DNA of 60,827 bases, the filler included, from Basidioascus undulatus (lineage: Eukaryota): NCBI GenBank assembly GCA_000826855.1. It is 7 parts of 7 records of this genome, joined end to end, with 100 filler letters (N's around TTAATTAATTAA, not from the genome) between each part and the next. Parts side by side here need not be neighbours in the genome. Positions count along the whole stretch, not along the records: positions 43,734 to 49,371 come from JTLS01001901.1; positions 49,472 to 55,109 come from JTLS01001902.1; positions 55,210 to 60,827 come from JTLS01001903.1; 4 more parts are not named here. One strand, written 5' to 3'. How positions within the stretch are numbered: position 1 is the stretch's first letter; every line of letters begins with the position of its first letter. The notes under the pieces were generated by a model. The model saw only the letters and a list, made by a program, of their open reading frames with translations, was not told where the DNA came from and did not search any database. Both the position numbers and the translations under genes were made by a program. Of the stretch, positions 46,957 to 59,432 are shown piece by piece.

Positions 46957-47870
46957 GTTCCTCCAGTTGAGATGGGCGACGATAGACGAAGTGCGGCGGG
47001 CAGCGAGCGCGGCTAGGAGCATGAGCAGGAGGGACGCGTAGAGGATGACGGAACGTCGCGGGGAGGAGGGAAAGCGCATGCGTCTGAGGGGAAAAAGAGC
47101 ATGGGGGGGAGGGCGCTCTTCTTATTATGTTACGTGAGGAAGAGGATCGGCAGACACAAGGGGCGTCAAGCGCGGATGACCGGGAGGATGAGAAGAGATG
47201 GCAGGGCAGCACGCGAGCGTGCTGACGGCGAAGACACGCTACACGATGTCTTATCTGATACGGATCACCGAGATGTCCGGGCCCGAGCTTCGACCGAGTA
47301 CATAGTTGCTAGAACGGCGAAGGTCGACAACGTGAAGATGAATTGGTAACGGTGCATATGCGCATTCAAGCGGAAAAACAAGGGAAACACCGGCAGGAAA
47401 CGCGACGGCATATGGAAATGGCGAGGTTGAACGTTGCGAGCGGAGACTCGACTTCGGCCGGACAGCCTGCAGAGTGGTCCGCAGGACCAACGGCAGAATT
47501 GGAGACAAGCCGACAGGTTCAAGCCCAAACGTTGAATAGTTTTCAACATTGCGTTTGTGCATCATGCTAGAGTGAAAACAGCGAGAGCGCGGCAAAAGAA
47601 GAAGGCAGAACATATAGCAATCGCGAACTGGGTAAGGAAGCAGAAGCGACGCCCCACACATACAACGAACAAAGCAACTCGAACCGCAAAAGGCCAAGTC
47701 AAGAAGAAGATATTTGAACAAGATAACCAGAACGCCACCTCCGCCCGACCGCCGCATACCGCTCCGTCCCGCGCACCCTGCCCCGCCTGCCCTGTGCGCC
47801 CCTACGGGCAGACAACACGGCGACAGCGAACCACGGCTGGGCTGGGGCGGCGCGCCAGTCCGCGTCGAGC

Positions 47871-48576
47871 TCAGGCACCGTGGACTTTGATCGTCGACTT
47901 GGGCATGCCCTGCGCGCGACAAGCGTCAGTGAACCTGGGATGGAGGGGAAAGATGGAGGGGCGGGGGAAGGGTATGGGGGGAAGGAGGATGGGGGATGGG
48001 GGATAGGGAGAGGAGATAAGGGCTGACCTCCGCAACGAGGAACTCGTGGATCTTGAGGCGCTGGTCGCCCTGGAGCTGGATGACCTGGCCGAGCTCCTCG
48101 TCGTCATGAAGCGTGCCATTGCATGCGAACTCCTGTCACCCCCACCCCCGCCCAGACGTAAGCATGCCTTCCCTTCCCTTCCCCTTCCCCTTCACCACTC
48201 GCACCTTCTTGAACGCCTTCAGAATCTTCTTCTGGTCATACTCTGTCCGCCACAGCCCCCAACCCAGGATCAGCATCTCCCTCGCACGTTCCCGGAAGAC
48301 GAGATACGGCAGGAGACAGGACACGGGACGCACCCTTGGGCAGCCCCTGCAGCGTAGTGAGCGTCTTGCGGCCGTTACGCTGCTGGACGCGGATGTGGAT
48401 GTAGCTCTGCTGGCTCCCGACAGCCTTCTTAGACGACTCCGTGCCAAAGTCGTCGTCGACGGCGAACGGGTCTGTTTCCTCACCCTCCCCTATCAGCACC
48501 GGCACCCAGTACCCCACCCTGCTAGCCGAGTGGCGAACGCACCGTTCTTGGAGAAGTTCTGGATCTGCGCGCTCAT
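47871..48576 (-). CDS. SUI1: Translation initiation factor eIF1
   Basis: MSAQIQNFSKN|DPFA...YIHIRVQQRNGRKTLTTLQGLP..KKILKAFKK|EFACNGT..VIQLQGDQR..IKVHGA*. Confidence 0.97.
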
Positions 48577-48947
48577 ACGAGCTGGGAAACGGGCTGGGTG
48601 GGTTTGGGTGGGGTTCGAAGAGAGTGGCGAGGGGTCTGTGTGGATCGGCCCAGTCGGAGAGAGTCAGTGGCCGATTCTTAGACGCGAGTGAGATTCAGCC
48701 GCGGTGGCGAGGAAGACGGACAGGTTAGTAGCTTTCGCTAGGAGAGATATGCGGCGTGATGCGAGGAGGAGGATGAGGTTTGTGTGGAGAGAGAGGACGC
48801 ACGCCCGAGCTCTCAATGAAGAGTTCTGCTTACATAATAGCCCCGAAAGTTGAATTCGAGATTTGGTCGGCGATATGGCGGCCTCGAACTTCCTGGCCAC
48901 ACCTTCACCGCTCACATTCACATCAACACATACCCATCTTACCGAAC

Positions 48948-49371
48948 ATGGCGCCCACTCGACCGGACAAGGGAAAGGGCAAGGCGCGCGACGAGGGGAA
49001 GGGCAAGGGCAAGGCTCCTGGCGGAGCAGGTGCGGAGGATGGCAAGAAGGAGAAGGGCAAGGGATTCAGGATCGCTGCAAGGGCGGGGAAGGGGAGCTAC
49101 ACTGGCAAAGGTGCGTCTCATTCCCCAGTACCTCACGTTGTCCGGTAGAAGGCGACACTGCAGCCGGGTGTGGGTTGGACTGACACCCCCACGCCCCACA
49201 GCCGACAAGATCAAAGCCTCCCTCATCCACAAAGCCAAAGTCAAGAAGTCGTACGCTGCGCTCCTGAAGCGCGAAGGACTCGCCGAAGGCCCCAACGCGC
49301 ACCCGCTCTCCCGCCCGCGCCCATCCACCTCCTTTAAAGAACGCCGCTCCCGCTCCCCCTCTGTCCTTTTC
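48948..49371 (+). CDS. FYV7: rRNA-processing protein Fyv7/TAP26-like, 5' part
   Basis: YTGK|ADKIKASLIHKAKVKKSYAALLKREG. Confidence 0.6.
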
Positions 49372-49471
49372 NNNNNNNNNNNNNNNNNNNNNNNNNNNNN
49401 NNNNNNNNNNNNNNNTTAATTAATTAANNNNNNNNNNNNNNNNNNNNNNNNNNNNNNNNNNNNNNNNNNNN
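49372..49471. other. Artificial contig spacer
   Basis: N44-TTAATTAATTAA-N44. Confidence 0.99.
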
Positions 49472-49705
49472 GCCCCGGCGCGGGGCCGGGTCGTCCGTGT
49501 CCCATTTCCGGGACGCCGGGTCGCGCGCGATGCGCGGCGCGGGGTTGAACTCGGCTGGACGGGCCCACTTGCTCATTCCCTCGCGGGCGATGGGGAGCGG
49601 GGTGGGCGACGGGGCGGACGCTGAGGAGGAGGGGCGGGAGAGGACATGCTGCTGCTGCGCCTTCTGCCGCAGGGAGACGCGCCAGCGGTGGGTGCGCCTG
49701 AGCAT
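49472..49705 (-). CDS. 5' end of a probable mitochondrial protein
   Basis: MLRRTHRWRVSLRQKAQQQHVLSRPSSS is an Arg-rich, acid-free presequence-like N-terminus; truncated. Confidence 0.4.
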
Positions 49706-50520
49706 GCTGGAATAAAGATGGAGACGGGGAAGGGAAAAATGTGGTGAAAGGTCGAAAGCAAGAGCGAGGAGAGAAGACGGTGATTGAGCTCGAAAAGTGG
49801 GAGCGCGGTGAATCGGCAATTAATTTCGTGCCCCTGGCCGGACCTTGCCGAAGGCAGCTGGCGATCGCAGCCTGCGACAAGCAGCACCGAGGCCGCTGGG
49901 GTACGTTGTTGTAATTTTCTAGGATTCATGTTCTGCAGCATAAGGTGGGCATTTGATCGGTATGTGACCACCGCCAGATTCGTGAATGAAGCCCAATTGA
50001 GTTCCGAAGGGGCCGCGCCGGGCCCAAGCGCAAGCACAGTTCCTCCGGTTCCCTCGCAAGCGTCGAGTCCCAAAGTACAAGTGGGCACGCCAACGCTCTA
50101 TGCGCAACGATGCATATATTCTGCAACCGGCTCGCGGGGCCGCACAGAGAAGCGGAGAAGGAAGGGGGAGCGTCATAGACGGTCGGTGTGTGGGTAGGTT
50201 GGGTCGGGAGGGGAAGAGCTTAGTGGGGTGATGCTGGAATTACAAGTAATCAAGTGCGCGCGCGGGCAGGTGAGCTGGCAGCGGAGGATGAAGGAGAAGC
50301 GGAAGGAGAAGCAGGAGAAGGCGAAAGATAACCGAGAGAGACCGAAGGAAGGAAAAGAGAACGGAACGAAACAAAGGTGAACGAGCGGCGAGCGAATGAG
50401 GTGGGTGGGTTGATGCAGATGGAAGGGAGCAGAAAGCTGGGGGTATCTAGCGGAGCACGGAGCACGAAAGGGAAGAAAGAGAATGGTCGGAGAAGGAGGA
50501 GGGGGAGGGGAGCGAGGCGA

Positions 50521-51097
50521 CTACATGATCGCGCAGCAGCCCCCGCCTTGGGGCGCGTAGGGGTCGTCCCGCTTGTCGACTGGACCCCAGACGGACGGGA
50601 CCTTCGGGGGAAGAGTGCGTTTAGACTTACACGAGGGAGATGCGAAGATTGGAAGTGGTGAAGGAAGGGAGAGGGAGAGGGGAGAGAGGGAGGCGTACGA
50701 GGTGGTCCTTGGTCGTTTTGCAGTAGCGGATCAGGCTGGAGAAGGCGGGGTGCAGGCGGGGTCAGCTCATCTAGTGCCCAGTGCCGATCAATCGCGTTCG
50801 CACGCGAGTGAGATGTAAAGCGAGATGAGGCAGGCCTGGAATGAGGCAGCGTCCTGCGTCCTGCCGCAAGCGTACTAGGCCCAGCTATCCCCATGCCCAT
50901 CCCACCCATCCGCACCCGCCCCCGCGCCCCAATCGCCAGTAACACAGGAGGCAGAACGAAGGACAAACGCACCTCTGGCTCGCCTCGCTGAGCTTGATCC
51001 TCGGCCGAGCAAGGTCCTCCTTCAGCCGTTGGTTGTGCTCCGTGAGCCGGCGGAGCTTGAGCTCCGACATGCTCTGCTTGTGTGGCCGGCCGCTCAT
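50521..51097 (-). CDS. STE18: Heterotrimeric G-protein gamma subunit (Ste18-type)
   Basis: [80 protein letters not shown], ending in a CCaaX prenylation motif. Confidence 0.95.
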
Positions 51098-52118
51098 CTT
51101 GCGCTCGTGCTCGTTCGTGGGGGTCGAAGATAGAATAGGGACGAGGACGAGGGATCTGTTTGCGCGATGGGGAGAGAGATGGGGAGAGAGAGTCAGGCAC
51201 GGTCGTTGGACCTGGGCAGGGCGCGACGCACGGGGGAGGGTGCGGCGGGGGAAGGGGCTTGCGGGTGGTGTGCAGTGGAGTGGGGTTGGGTGGGTGTGGA
51301 TGGGTAGGAGGACGGGTGAGGCTGCGAGCGAGGATGGGCGGCGGGAGGAGGAAGGGCGTGAGCAAGAGCAAGGGAGCGAGGGCGAGAAGGAGCGAGCGAT
51401 GCGCGACAGGGCGAGGGCGCGAAGGGGACTGTGCGGCCCTGATTTTCGATTCGGGCCGGGGGCACCCTCGTTCTATTACACTCAGTACTAGTACCGCACA
51501 CTTGAAGCTGAAGACTGCGTGCAAGACTTCGAATTTTCACTCTACTGCTTTCCTTTTACCTGCATGCGAGCAAATATTTGGGGCGAGTGAGCGACAGACA
51601 CACACAGCTGCAGGCGAGCGAAGTGTCGGGGCCTGTCCTGTCACGCCCCTTTCTGACTGCCGCCTCGGCCGCCTGGCCAAGGTCTTGCGGTTGCGAGGTC
51701 CCTTCGGCACACAAACACAACCTTTCAACTCTCACTTGACTTCCATGAACTCCAACACCCTTTCACCCAGTCACGAGGGAGTGTGCTTGCAAACCAGATA
51801 CTTATCGAAGAGTCGTCAGACCATGCGTCTTGCTCACACCAGCCTGGCGAGGCTTCAAATCTCATTTCACTATCTGATTGCAGTTTTGCAAGACCACCCT
51901 GCGACCCTAGCTACAACTTGTCCTATTTGTGCTCTCATTCAATAAATGCGAGCCAGCCTGGACTCCTTCCAAAGCGTGCGATACTCCGCACACGGCAAGG
52001 GGGCAGACCCGCCTTGCAACTCAGGCAGCCACCGAGCAACGAACGGCCATCCTCAAACGTCCGAAACTGCACAGTCATCCGATAAGTAGTGCATGCGACC
52101 TCATCCGCCCCGTGCCCG

Positions 52119-53456
52119 CTACGCCTCTATCAGCGCGCACGCGACCGACCCAAGCTGTTTCCGGACATCCTGGAAGTCCACATCGTGCGCTGTCCCCTCC
52201 GCCTCCGCTTAGCTTCTCCCTCTGTCTCTCTCGACACAACAGCCAAATCAGCGCCAACGCAAGTAAAACTCACAGTCCTCCACCTCCCCCCACCGCAAGA
52301 TCTGGCTCGCCACCTCAACCTGGCTCGCCTGCGCGGCGGCCTCGACGTCCAGCTTGCGCTCGACGAGCGCGAGGCCGATGATGAAGGACTTGGTGTACAT
52401 CACTGCGCGCTCGAAGGCTGTTCACTAGGGGCATTAGCTCGTCGAGCAAAAGACAGAAAGGGGTGGGGGAGGGAAGGGGGAGGGAAGAAGGCAAGAGGGA
52501 GAAGGCACGCACCGGCCAGCTTGATCGGATCAAACTGCGCGATGACCTGCGCGAGCTTCTCGCGCGTCTCGCCCGGCTGCGAGTTGAGCAGCACGGAGCG
52601 GAAGATCTCGATCTTGACGCCGTACGTCTCCTCGACCCACGCGATCAGCGGCGTCCAGTGCGCCTCCTGCAGGGTGGCGAGCTGGTGCGGCTCGTCTTCG
52701 TAGAAGCTGGGGTTGTGGTTGCGCGTTCAGACCATCGTCGGGTGGGAGGGAAGGAGGGAGGAGGGTGAGGGAAACGAGGAGACACACTAGACCGTATCGG
52801 TATTCAGGTACTTGAGGAGCTCGAGTCGGACCTGCTCGTGCAAGAGCGGGTCGGACAGCGCATCAATGGCGCGAGCAGCGATGCTCGTCTGCTCCCTCCG
52901 CACCTCATCAGAAACTCTTCCCGCGTGTCTCAGAGAGAGAAGGGGGAAGCGCACCAAAGGCAAAGCATGCGGCTTGATCAGCTTCTCCTGGTTCTCCCAC
53001 TCGTTCGCGATGAGCAGCGCAAGTGGCGCCTTTTCCCCCGGGATCGTCAGCAGCGCCCCGCCCGGCGTGCGCAGGTTGCGCTTGTCCAGCGTGATCGTGT
53101 GGTTTCCTTGCGGTTTCAACCCACGGATGAGCATTCGTCGTTGGGAGGAGAGAGGTGAAAGGAAGATGCACCAGACTCGTCCTGCTTGATCCCCACCGTC
53201 TTCCAGAATCGTCGCAGCGTCCTCTCCGCCTCTGTCCGCAAACCAACCGACGTCAGATGTGGGATGCAGACCTACAAGACGCTCAGGTAAACGTACGGTT
53301 CGTCTGGCTCTTCCGGAGCAGGTCCTGCTCAGCGTGCTCAGCCGCCGCCGCCTGCGCGATGGTAGCGTTGCCGCGGGCGAGCGCGGGTGCGGCAAGGCGG
53401 GGGGCGGACGTAGATGCGCGTGCGAGAGCGCGAGTGACTGGTCGGAGTGCGTACAT
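52119..53456 (-). CDS. ATP12: F1-ATPase assembly factor Atp12
   Basis: RRFWKTV, TLDKRNLRTPGG, LIANEWENQ..IKPHALPLTSIAARAID, YLNTDT, TKSFIIGLAL, EVASQILRWGEVEDSHDVD. Confidence 0.93.
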
Positions 53457-53812
53457 CGTATAAAAGCAGAGTGACAGATGGTGGTCAAGGCGAAGCGAGA
53501 AGACCGGTAACGCGCGAGGTGAGAAGTCCCGTTCCGCGCCCAACCGCGGAATACCGGGAAAGTGTGCCAATGACGCCAGGTTCAGGTTCAAGACCCGGCG
53601 TCTTCTCTTTTCCCGATTTGATCCCATCTCTTGCCGCTCAGATCCTGGACCATTCACGTCCGACGCAACAGACCCACACGCCCAACTTCCCCCATTGGTC
53701 CCATCGCTCCCAAGAAACCATCGTACCTCGCCGTGTAGGCCTTCTGCCAACACCGAGCCGCCCACCTCCAACCTCGTCTTCTTTTCCCGTCCTCCCCCTC
53801 AACTTCCAAACC

Positions 53813-54172
53813 ATGTCTTCCGCCCCGACCCGATCCGAGCGCCAGGCCTGCTGGGAAACGCGCGACGATTTCTTTGCTTGCCTCGACCGGTTCCACATCC
53901 TCGACGGGACGAAGCCCGAGGCACGCAAGTCGTGCGCGCCGGAGCTCAAGGAGTTTGAGCGCGCGTGTCCGGCAAGCTGGGTGAGTGAGTCTGGGGCTCA
54001 GGTGGTCTTGGAGAGCAGAGTATGGATTGCTTACAGATGTGAGGACGGGACTGTGCCGGGATAGGTGGAATACTTCATGAAGCGGCGCGTGCAGGAGGAG
54101 ACGCAGAAGGCGCAGTTGCGGCTGATGGAGGAGAAGCAGCGCGAGCAGGCGGCGGGGACTGGAAGGGCATGA
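53813..54172 (+). CDS. COA6: Cytochrome c oxidase assembly factor Coa6 (Cox6B-like)
   Basis: APTRSERQACWETRDDFFACLD...CAPELKEFERACPASW|VEYFMKRR, with a CX9C-Xn-CX10C pattern. Confidence 0.9.
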
Positions 54173-54617
54173 GCATCACATACATTGCTGTGTGGACCGC
54201 GGAACAAGACTTTTGCTCTGAAAGACTCCCGGAAAGGGTGTAGTGAGGATGCCTGATCTTAGCGTCTCGAGGGCGCGTTGCATCGCAACAAGTCCCTTTG
54301 CAACTCGAGACTTGCGGTGCCTTGCCGAGTGTAAACTGTATATATCGGTGCACGTATAATTCAGCTGACAAACATTTCTAACGTGCAAATAATCGTGGTC
54401 GTTGGTGCAGCGTCATTGCGAAACGAGAAGATTGGACTCGCACTCGAGCTCGCCGGCATGCCGCCGGTGCCGAGCTGGGCGAACCGAGGAGCATCCGCGG
54501 CGGCAAAGTTGCGAGCGGACGGGTTCTGAATTCGCAGCTTCGACTGTGTCTTCTTCGCTCACCATCTGCCTCTGGCAGTCCGCCTCTTTCCCTTTAAACT
54601 CCTCCACACACACACAA

Positions 54618-54760
54618 ATGGCCGCATCGTCCACACTAGAACTGTACTGGGACCTGGCGAGCCCCGCGACGGACGTGCGCCTCGCCGCGGCCGACAAGCT
54701 CGTCTCCACCCTCGACTCGTTCCAGGCGGCCTTTGCGCCCTCGAGCCCCGAGGAGGGGGA

Positions 54761-54792
<32 letters not shown>

Positions 54793-55109
54793 TGGGGTCA
54801 GGGGAGGAGCAGGAGGAGCAAAACGCCCAGCAGGCACGCAGGGAGGCAAAGAAGATCGAGCGGTGGATAGAGCACAGGTACGCCCCGGACGTCGCGTATG
54901 CGCTCAAGCGCTTGCTGCGCGGGTTGGCCTCGCCCAGAGAGTCGAGCAGGCTTGGGTTTGCGGTTACCTTGACTCAGGTGCGTTTCAGGTCCTCAACCGA
55001 CTGCGAGTACAGTCTGATGTTGAGATGGACATTCATCAACCACAGCTCCTCTCGTCCCTCCCCCTCCTCACGCCCGCCCACTTCCTCCCCCTCCTCCTCT
55101 TCCCCTGCA
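54618..55109 (+). CDS. POL5: Pol5/MYBBP1A (DNA polymerase phi family), 5' part
   Basis: LELYWDLAS..VRLAAA..L and DVAYALKRLLRGLASPRESSRLGFAVTLTQLL. Confidence 0.88.
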
Positions 55110-55209
55110 NNNNNNNNNNNNNNNNNNNNNNNNNNNNNNNNNNNNNNNNNNNNTTAATTAATTAANNNNNNNNNNNNNNNNNNNNNNNNNNNNNNNNNNN
55201 NNNNNNNNN
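55110..55209. other. Artificial contig spacer
   Basis: N44-TTAATTAATTAA-N44. Confidence 0.99.
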
Positions 55210-56150
55210 TCTACTTTAATCGCTGTGGAGTAAGGCATAAAGACCGGGAAAGCAGGCCGATGAGAGCACGCACCCCAGTCCCAGATGCCAGCGGACGTCT
55301 TCATCTTGATGGCAAACCTACGAGCTCAGTTCAAATTCAGAGGCATGCAAAGACACAGATATCTCAGCGCAACTCACCCGCGGGGGTCACGAGCAGTGTC
55401 GGCAGAGCCAGCCTCACCAGCGACAGTGGAGAAGCGCTGCGTATCGGGCTCGGGCAATCAACCTCCTCCATCAACTAGGGGTAAATCAGGCATTCACTAA
55501 CCATGGTGAGAGGGACCTTGGTGCCGACGCCCTCAGAGAAAGGGACTGCCATGGTGATCTGAGAGAGCAGGGCGGTGAGGATCACAGTGCGGCGTGAGGC
55601 TCACACAGCACGTACGTCGCTGATGTCTTGGGTGACCTCGAAGTAGCCATGTGCGCCCGAACCTTTCGCGTGCACAACCTATACAGGAACCATCTTAGTC
55701 ACCGCTGCTGCCATCGATTGGTCGGGGGCGTACTCACACGCTCAGGAATCCGTTCGCGGTCAAAGTGCGAGATGAGGTCAATCAAGTGGAAGTCCTGGAA
55801 AGCACAATTGCCTGCCCTCAGCTGATCTATTGGTTACTGAGGTTTAACAACCGGCCCACCTGAAGAAGGAGCGGTCCATTCGAGTGCGCCCGCTGGTAGT
55901 TGAATGGACTACACAGGGGCAGTGGATCAGCAACACATCCTTCAATCAATCCTGCCTCATGATGGGACGAGGAATCCCTCCTCAGGCCACCCGGATGTAA
56001 TGAAGCACAGCTCCAACCCTCGGTCCAGCATTCTCACCTAGATACAGCGTGGCCCGCCCCGTCCGTGTAAGGCGGCAGCTCGCCGTTGTTCTCGGCGCGG
56101 CTGCCAAGTGCCAGGCTCGCCGTGAAAGCGAGCAGCAAAACAGCACGCAT
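55210..56150 (-). CDS. Heme catalase with an N-terminal signal peptide, 5' part
   Basis: MRAVLLLAFTASLALGSRA...|[51 protein letters not shown]...RFSTVAGEAGSADTARDPRG|FAIKMKTSAGIWDW. Confidence 0.9.
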
Positions 56151-59100
56151 AGTAGAGGCGATGATAGAAGGTGAAGGTATGAGAGGAGAGATTCAGAAGG
56201 TGCGGATGAGAAAGACAAGTCTTGGGAAGCTGGTTTTATGCGGGCTACGCGAGTCGTTCGTCTAGAAAGCAGTGAGCAATTGCAACAGAACAGTACAGAC
56301 TATGTAGCGCACATGGAGCGCGCTCATGTGGCTAATGGGTCTCCCGAATGATCGCTCGGCAGAAGGTTTCCGAGAACTCATCCGGGAGGTCTGATTCGTC
56401 GAGGCTGGGAACTTAGTAAGAGGACTGTAGAGATTGAGGTACAGCCGTGCTCACCGATGGACAACTCTGCATAATCACGGTCGATGGCACGAACATATTC
56501 GAGAAGGGACGGTTGTTAAGCGGAAGTTCCGTGACAGCGCTAATGCATAGCAAGGCTGGGCAGCAGAACAATGTTGCGCTGGGCGTCCGAGCGGTCACGT
56601 GTAAGAAGGCGTGCAAACAGAGCATCTGCCGCTCAGACTTCATCGTCTTCATCGTTCAATGCTGTTACTTTGATGTCTCAAACGGACAAGGACTAGCCAG
56701 ACGGTTATGTGTAGCAGACATGGAGACGCGCTTCATATCGACTTGGGATGGTAACCGTGCTTGGCAATGCGGCGCAGTCTATTGACCCGGCCGTGCAGCG
56801 GCAGCTCCACCACGAAGGATCGGCAGCAGGTGTTCTCGATCAATCGCTGCATCTTCCCGTTGATAGGGCGGAGAGGCGGAGAGGTGACGCGACCTGAAGA
56901 TGGGGACCATGGCAAAACTTTTTGGCTGAAACGAGATCCGTCTAATCGGTGAGAGGACGGAAGCAACTGCAAGCGGGCCGGCGGTTATCAGATCAAAGTG
57001 CAACATAGCAACATGCAACATCGCAACAGCAAGCTTGACAATGTCACGGCCGCAAAGGCACATCAGCATTCCGTGGCCGAGAGAAACGGTGGAAGCGGAA
57101 GTGCCGAGTTCCACATAACGAGCGCGCACTACTAGATAAGTGCACAGGTCGGCGCATCTGGCAGTGCACTGGTTCTTGTCATTGAAGCGTGGCCACGTAG
57201 GCCTTCAAATGGAGATTATAGTCATAAGCGTATCACAAAGTTTTCATGCTATACGTCTGCCGTGCAGACTGGGCATTCCCAGCTTTTGGTGAGAAGGAGT
57301 TGATAAAGCTCCCCAATCATGGGCGTCCCTTCACGAATAAAGCCGAACCCTTTGATGTTGAAGCTCCACCAAGTACCCTATTCGAAAATTCTAAGAATAA
57401 AAGCAAGCCGAGGTCCAGGCTTTCCAGCGAAGTGTGTCCATCAACAGGCTGTTGCTTTCATTAGTCTGCAGAGCGACGATCCTTTCCCGCACACAGCACA
57501 CGCTTCCGGCTGCATGTTTAAGGTTCGCAATTAACCTTCAATAGCGCTGTATGAAATCTGCGAACATTTATAAACTTTCCCGTTCATATACACAAAAGTT
57601 GTGACAACACACGGCAAGGAGGCGCGAAGTGTGCCTACCTTCATGTAAGCGTTTGCGGTTCTCGACAAGAAGGCGGAAGACCGACCGTCTTGCCCTTTTT
57701 GTCGTGCATTTGGTGCATTTATGTCGAAAAATTGAGACAAAAGTCTTCCTATCCGTCTTCATGCTGGGAAGGGTTTTTATGGACGGAATGGATGCGGGAG
57801 TGTGGGCCTGGATTGTCTGTCATTGTCCCACGCGGTGCTTGTGCAACTGAAAATCAGGCACACCGCACGGGCATGCGTCTTCTTGCTTCCAGCACCGCCT
57901 GCGTGGGAAATCGCCCACGGTACCATTTCTTGTATAAAGCTGGAAATGGGCTCTTGCTCGTCCCCTCCCTTCTTTCTCGTTAAACTACACCGTCCCTCGG
58001 ACGGGCAATTCCATCACCATGTCCTTCGCTCACCAGACGGACACTATCATCACCTTACACCCTGCATCCACCCCTCTCGAGATATTCCGGAGATTACTGC
58101 TCCGCCAACCGGTATCATCTGGCTCGCGCTCAACATTTTCCTCAGCTCCGTAGTGCTGCGTTGGCGTCTGCACGGCTGAAGTCAGTGAAGGACGTTTTCA
58201 AACACCACCCTCTCCCTCGAGGGCAAACAAGAACTCTGGGAAGGTTCGCTCCAATCCTCCCAGCCCATTGATCTGCTTCTGTGCTACCATCAGTAACTGA
58301 CCCGAATATGGTAGGGTTGCTGGCGAGAGCCGTCTGCCGTCTGGCTCTCTGGACCTCACAAGCTGCCGTGCTGGCCATCCTCTTCGTTGTGTATGCGACT
58401 GATGGTCAAACGTTCACTGGCCTCTTGCAGAGCGTCGTGAAAGAGATGTGAGTCTATAGCTTTAAGACAGCTGAATAGACGTCACCTCCTCACCGTGCCT
58501 GCCCTTGCGTTCAGAATTTCGCTGCCCTGTACCCTCCTCATCAATCGGTACGATCGTGTTCTGAGCAGACCTGCCTGATGAGCTGACCGACGTATCCGAG
58601 CAGTTATATCGCTTCCTCTTCAACGCTGCCTTTCTTCTCCCCCTGGTCGAAAGCCCGACAACTCCTCACGTCGTCTGAGAAAGCTGCTCCTCTCATCATT
58701 TTCAACGAGCCTTTCGTCGTTTCATCGCTGGCTCTCCTCTATCCATCGACACTTCATGTCTCCATCGTCAAACCGCTCCTCGTTCACCTCCCTTACGGAC
58801 TTTTCGTTTGGCGCCTCACCACTCTATCTCTAATATCTCTCGTCAACGCGTTGGAGGTCATGGCCGCACGATCTAGCGTACAAGGCATCGTCAGCGAGAG
58901 CCGGTCCGAGAAGGCGGCGACGCCGGTGTTTGCTACGGGACTTGTAGCTCTTGACACCATCAAGCGGTATGCGCCTTGTGAGGCAGTTCCGCTTCATTCC
59001 AGTTGACTTCTTTCTCCGGAGGCGTTGGCGCGTTGCTGCGTGGATGGGTGCTCCCAACTGTTGTCTTGTTCAATATCGCTTTCAGGGCGTAACTCGACTA

Positions 59101-59432
59101 TGTCTATCCCTCGCCGCCGTGCTTGGTCATTGCCTCCCAGTCCCATCATCGTTTCGCGCTACCATAGATTACGCCTCTTGCATCCTTGGCCACTGCAACT
59201 GCTTCTTGCCTGCTCATCTACTCGGTCTCTCATCATGACACGCTGCCGAACCTGCGCCAGGGACTGAAGTAGCGTGTTCGCTCCAGGCAAATACAGTTCG
59301 TTACAGCATGCGGTGGTATAAAGAAAGTGACGAATAAAAGCAAGTTGAAATTGTTCAAAAGTGCGCGTGAACTACGAAAAGATGCGACTGAATACTGATA
59401 GGTGAACGAAAACGAATGTCCAGGGTCAGAAA

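Noticed and set aside
16086..51097. clp1 plus G-gamma as a mating-type cluster
   Set aside because: They are on different contigs, and I saw no homeodomain, pheromone or STE3 receptor genes.
5658..55209. Six TTAATTAATTAA palindromes within N-runs
   Set aside because: These are artificial contig-joining spacers, not biological repeats or regulatory sites.
57770..59270. Possible plus-strand membrane protein gene
   Set aside because: Hydrophobic fragments and splice signals are present, but the frames do not join cleanly. Gene versus pseudogene is unresolved.
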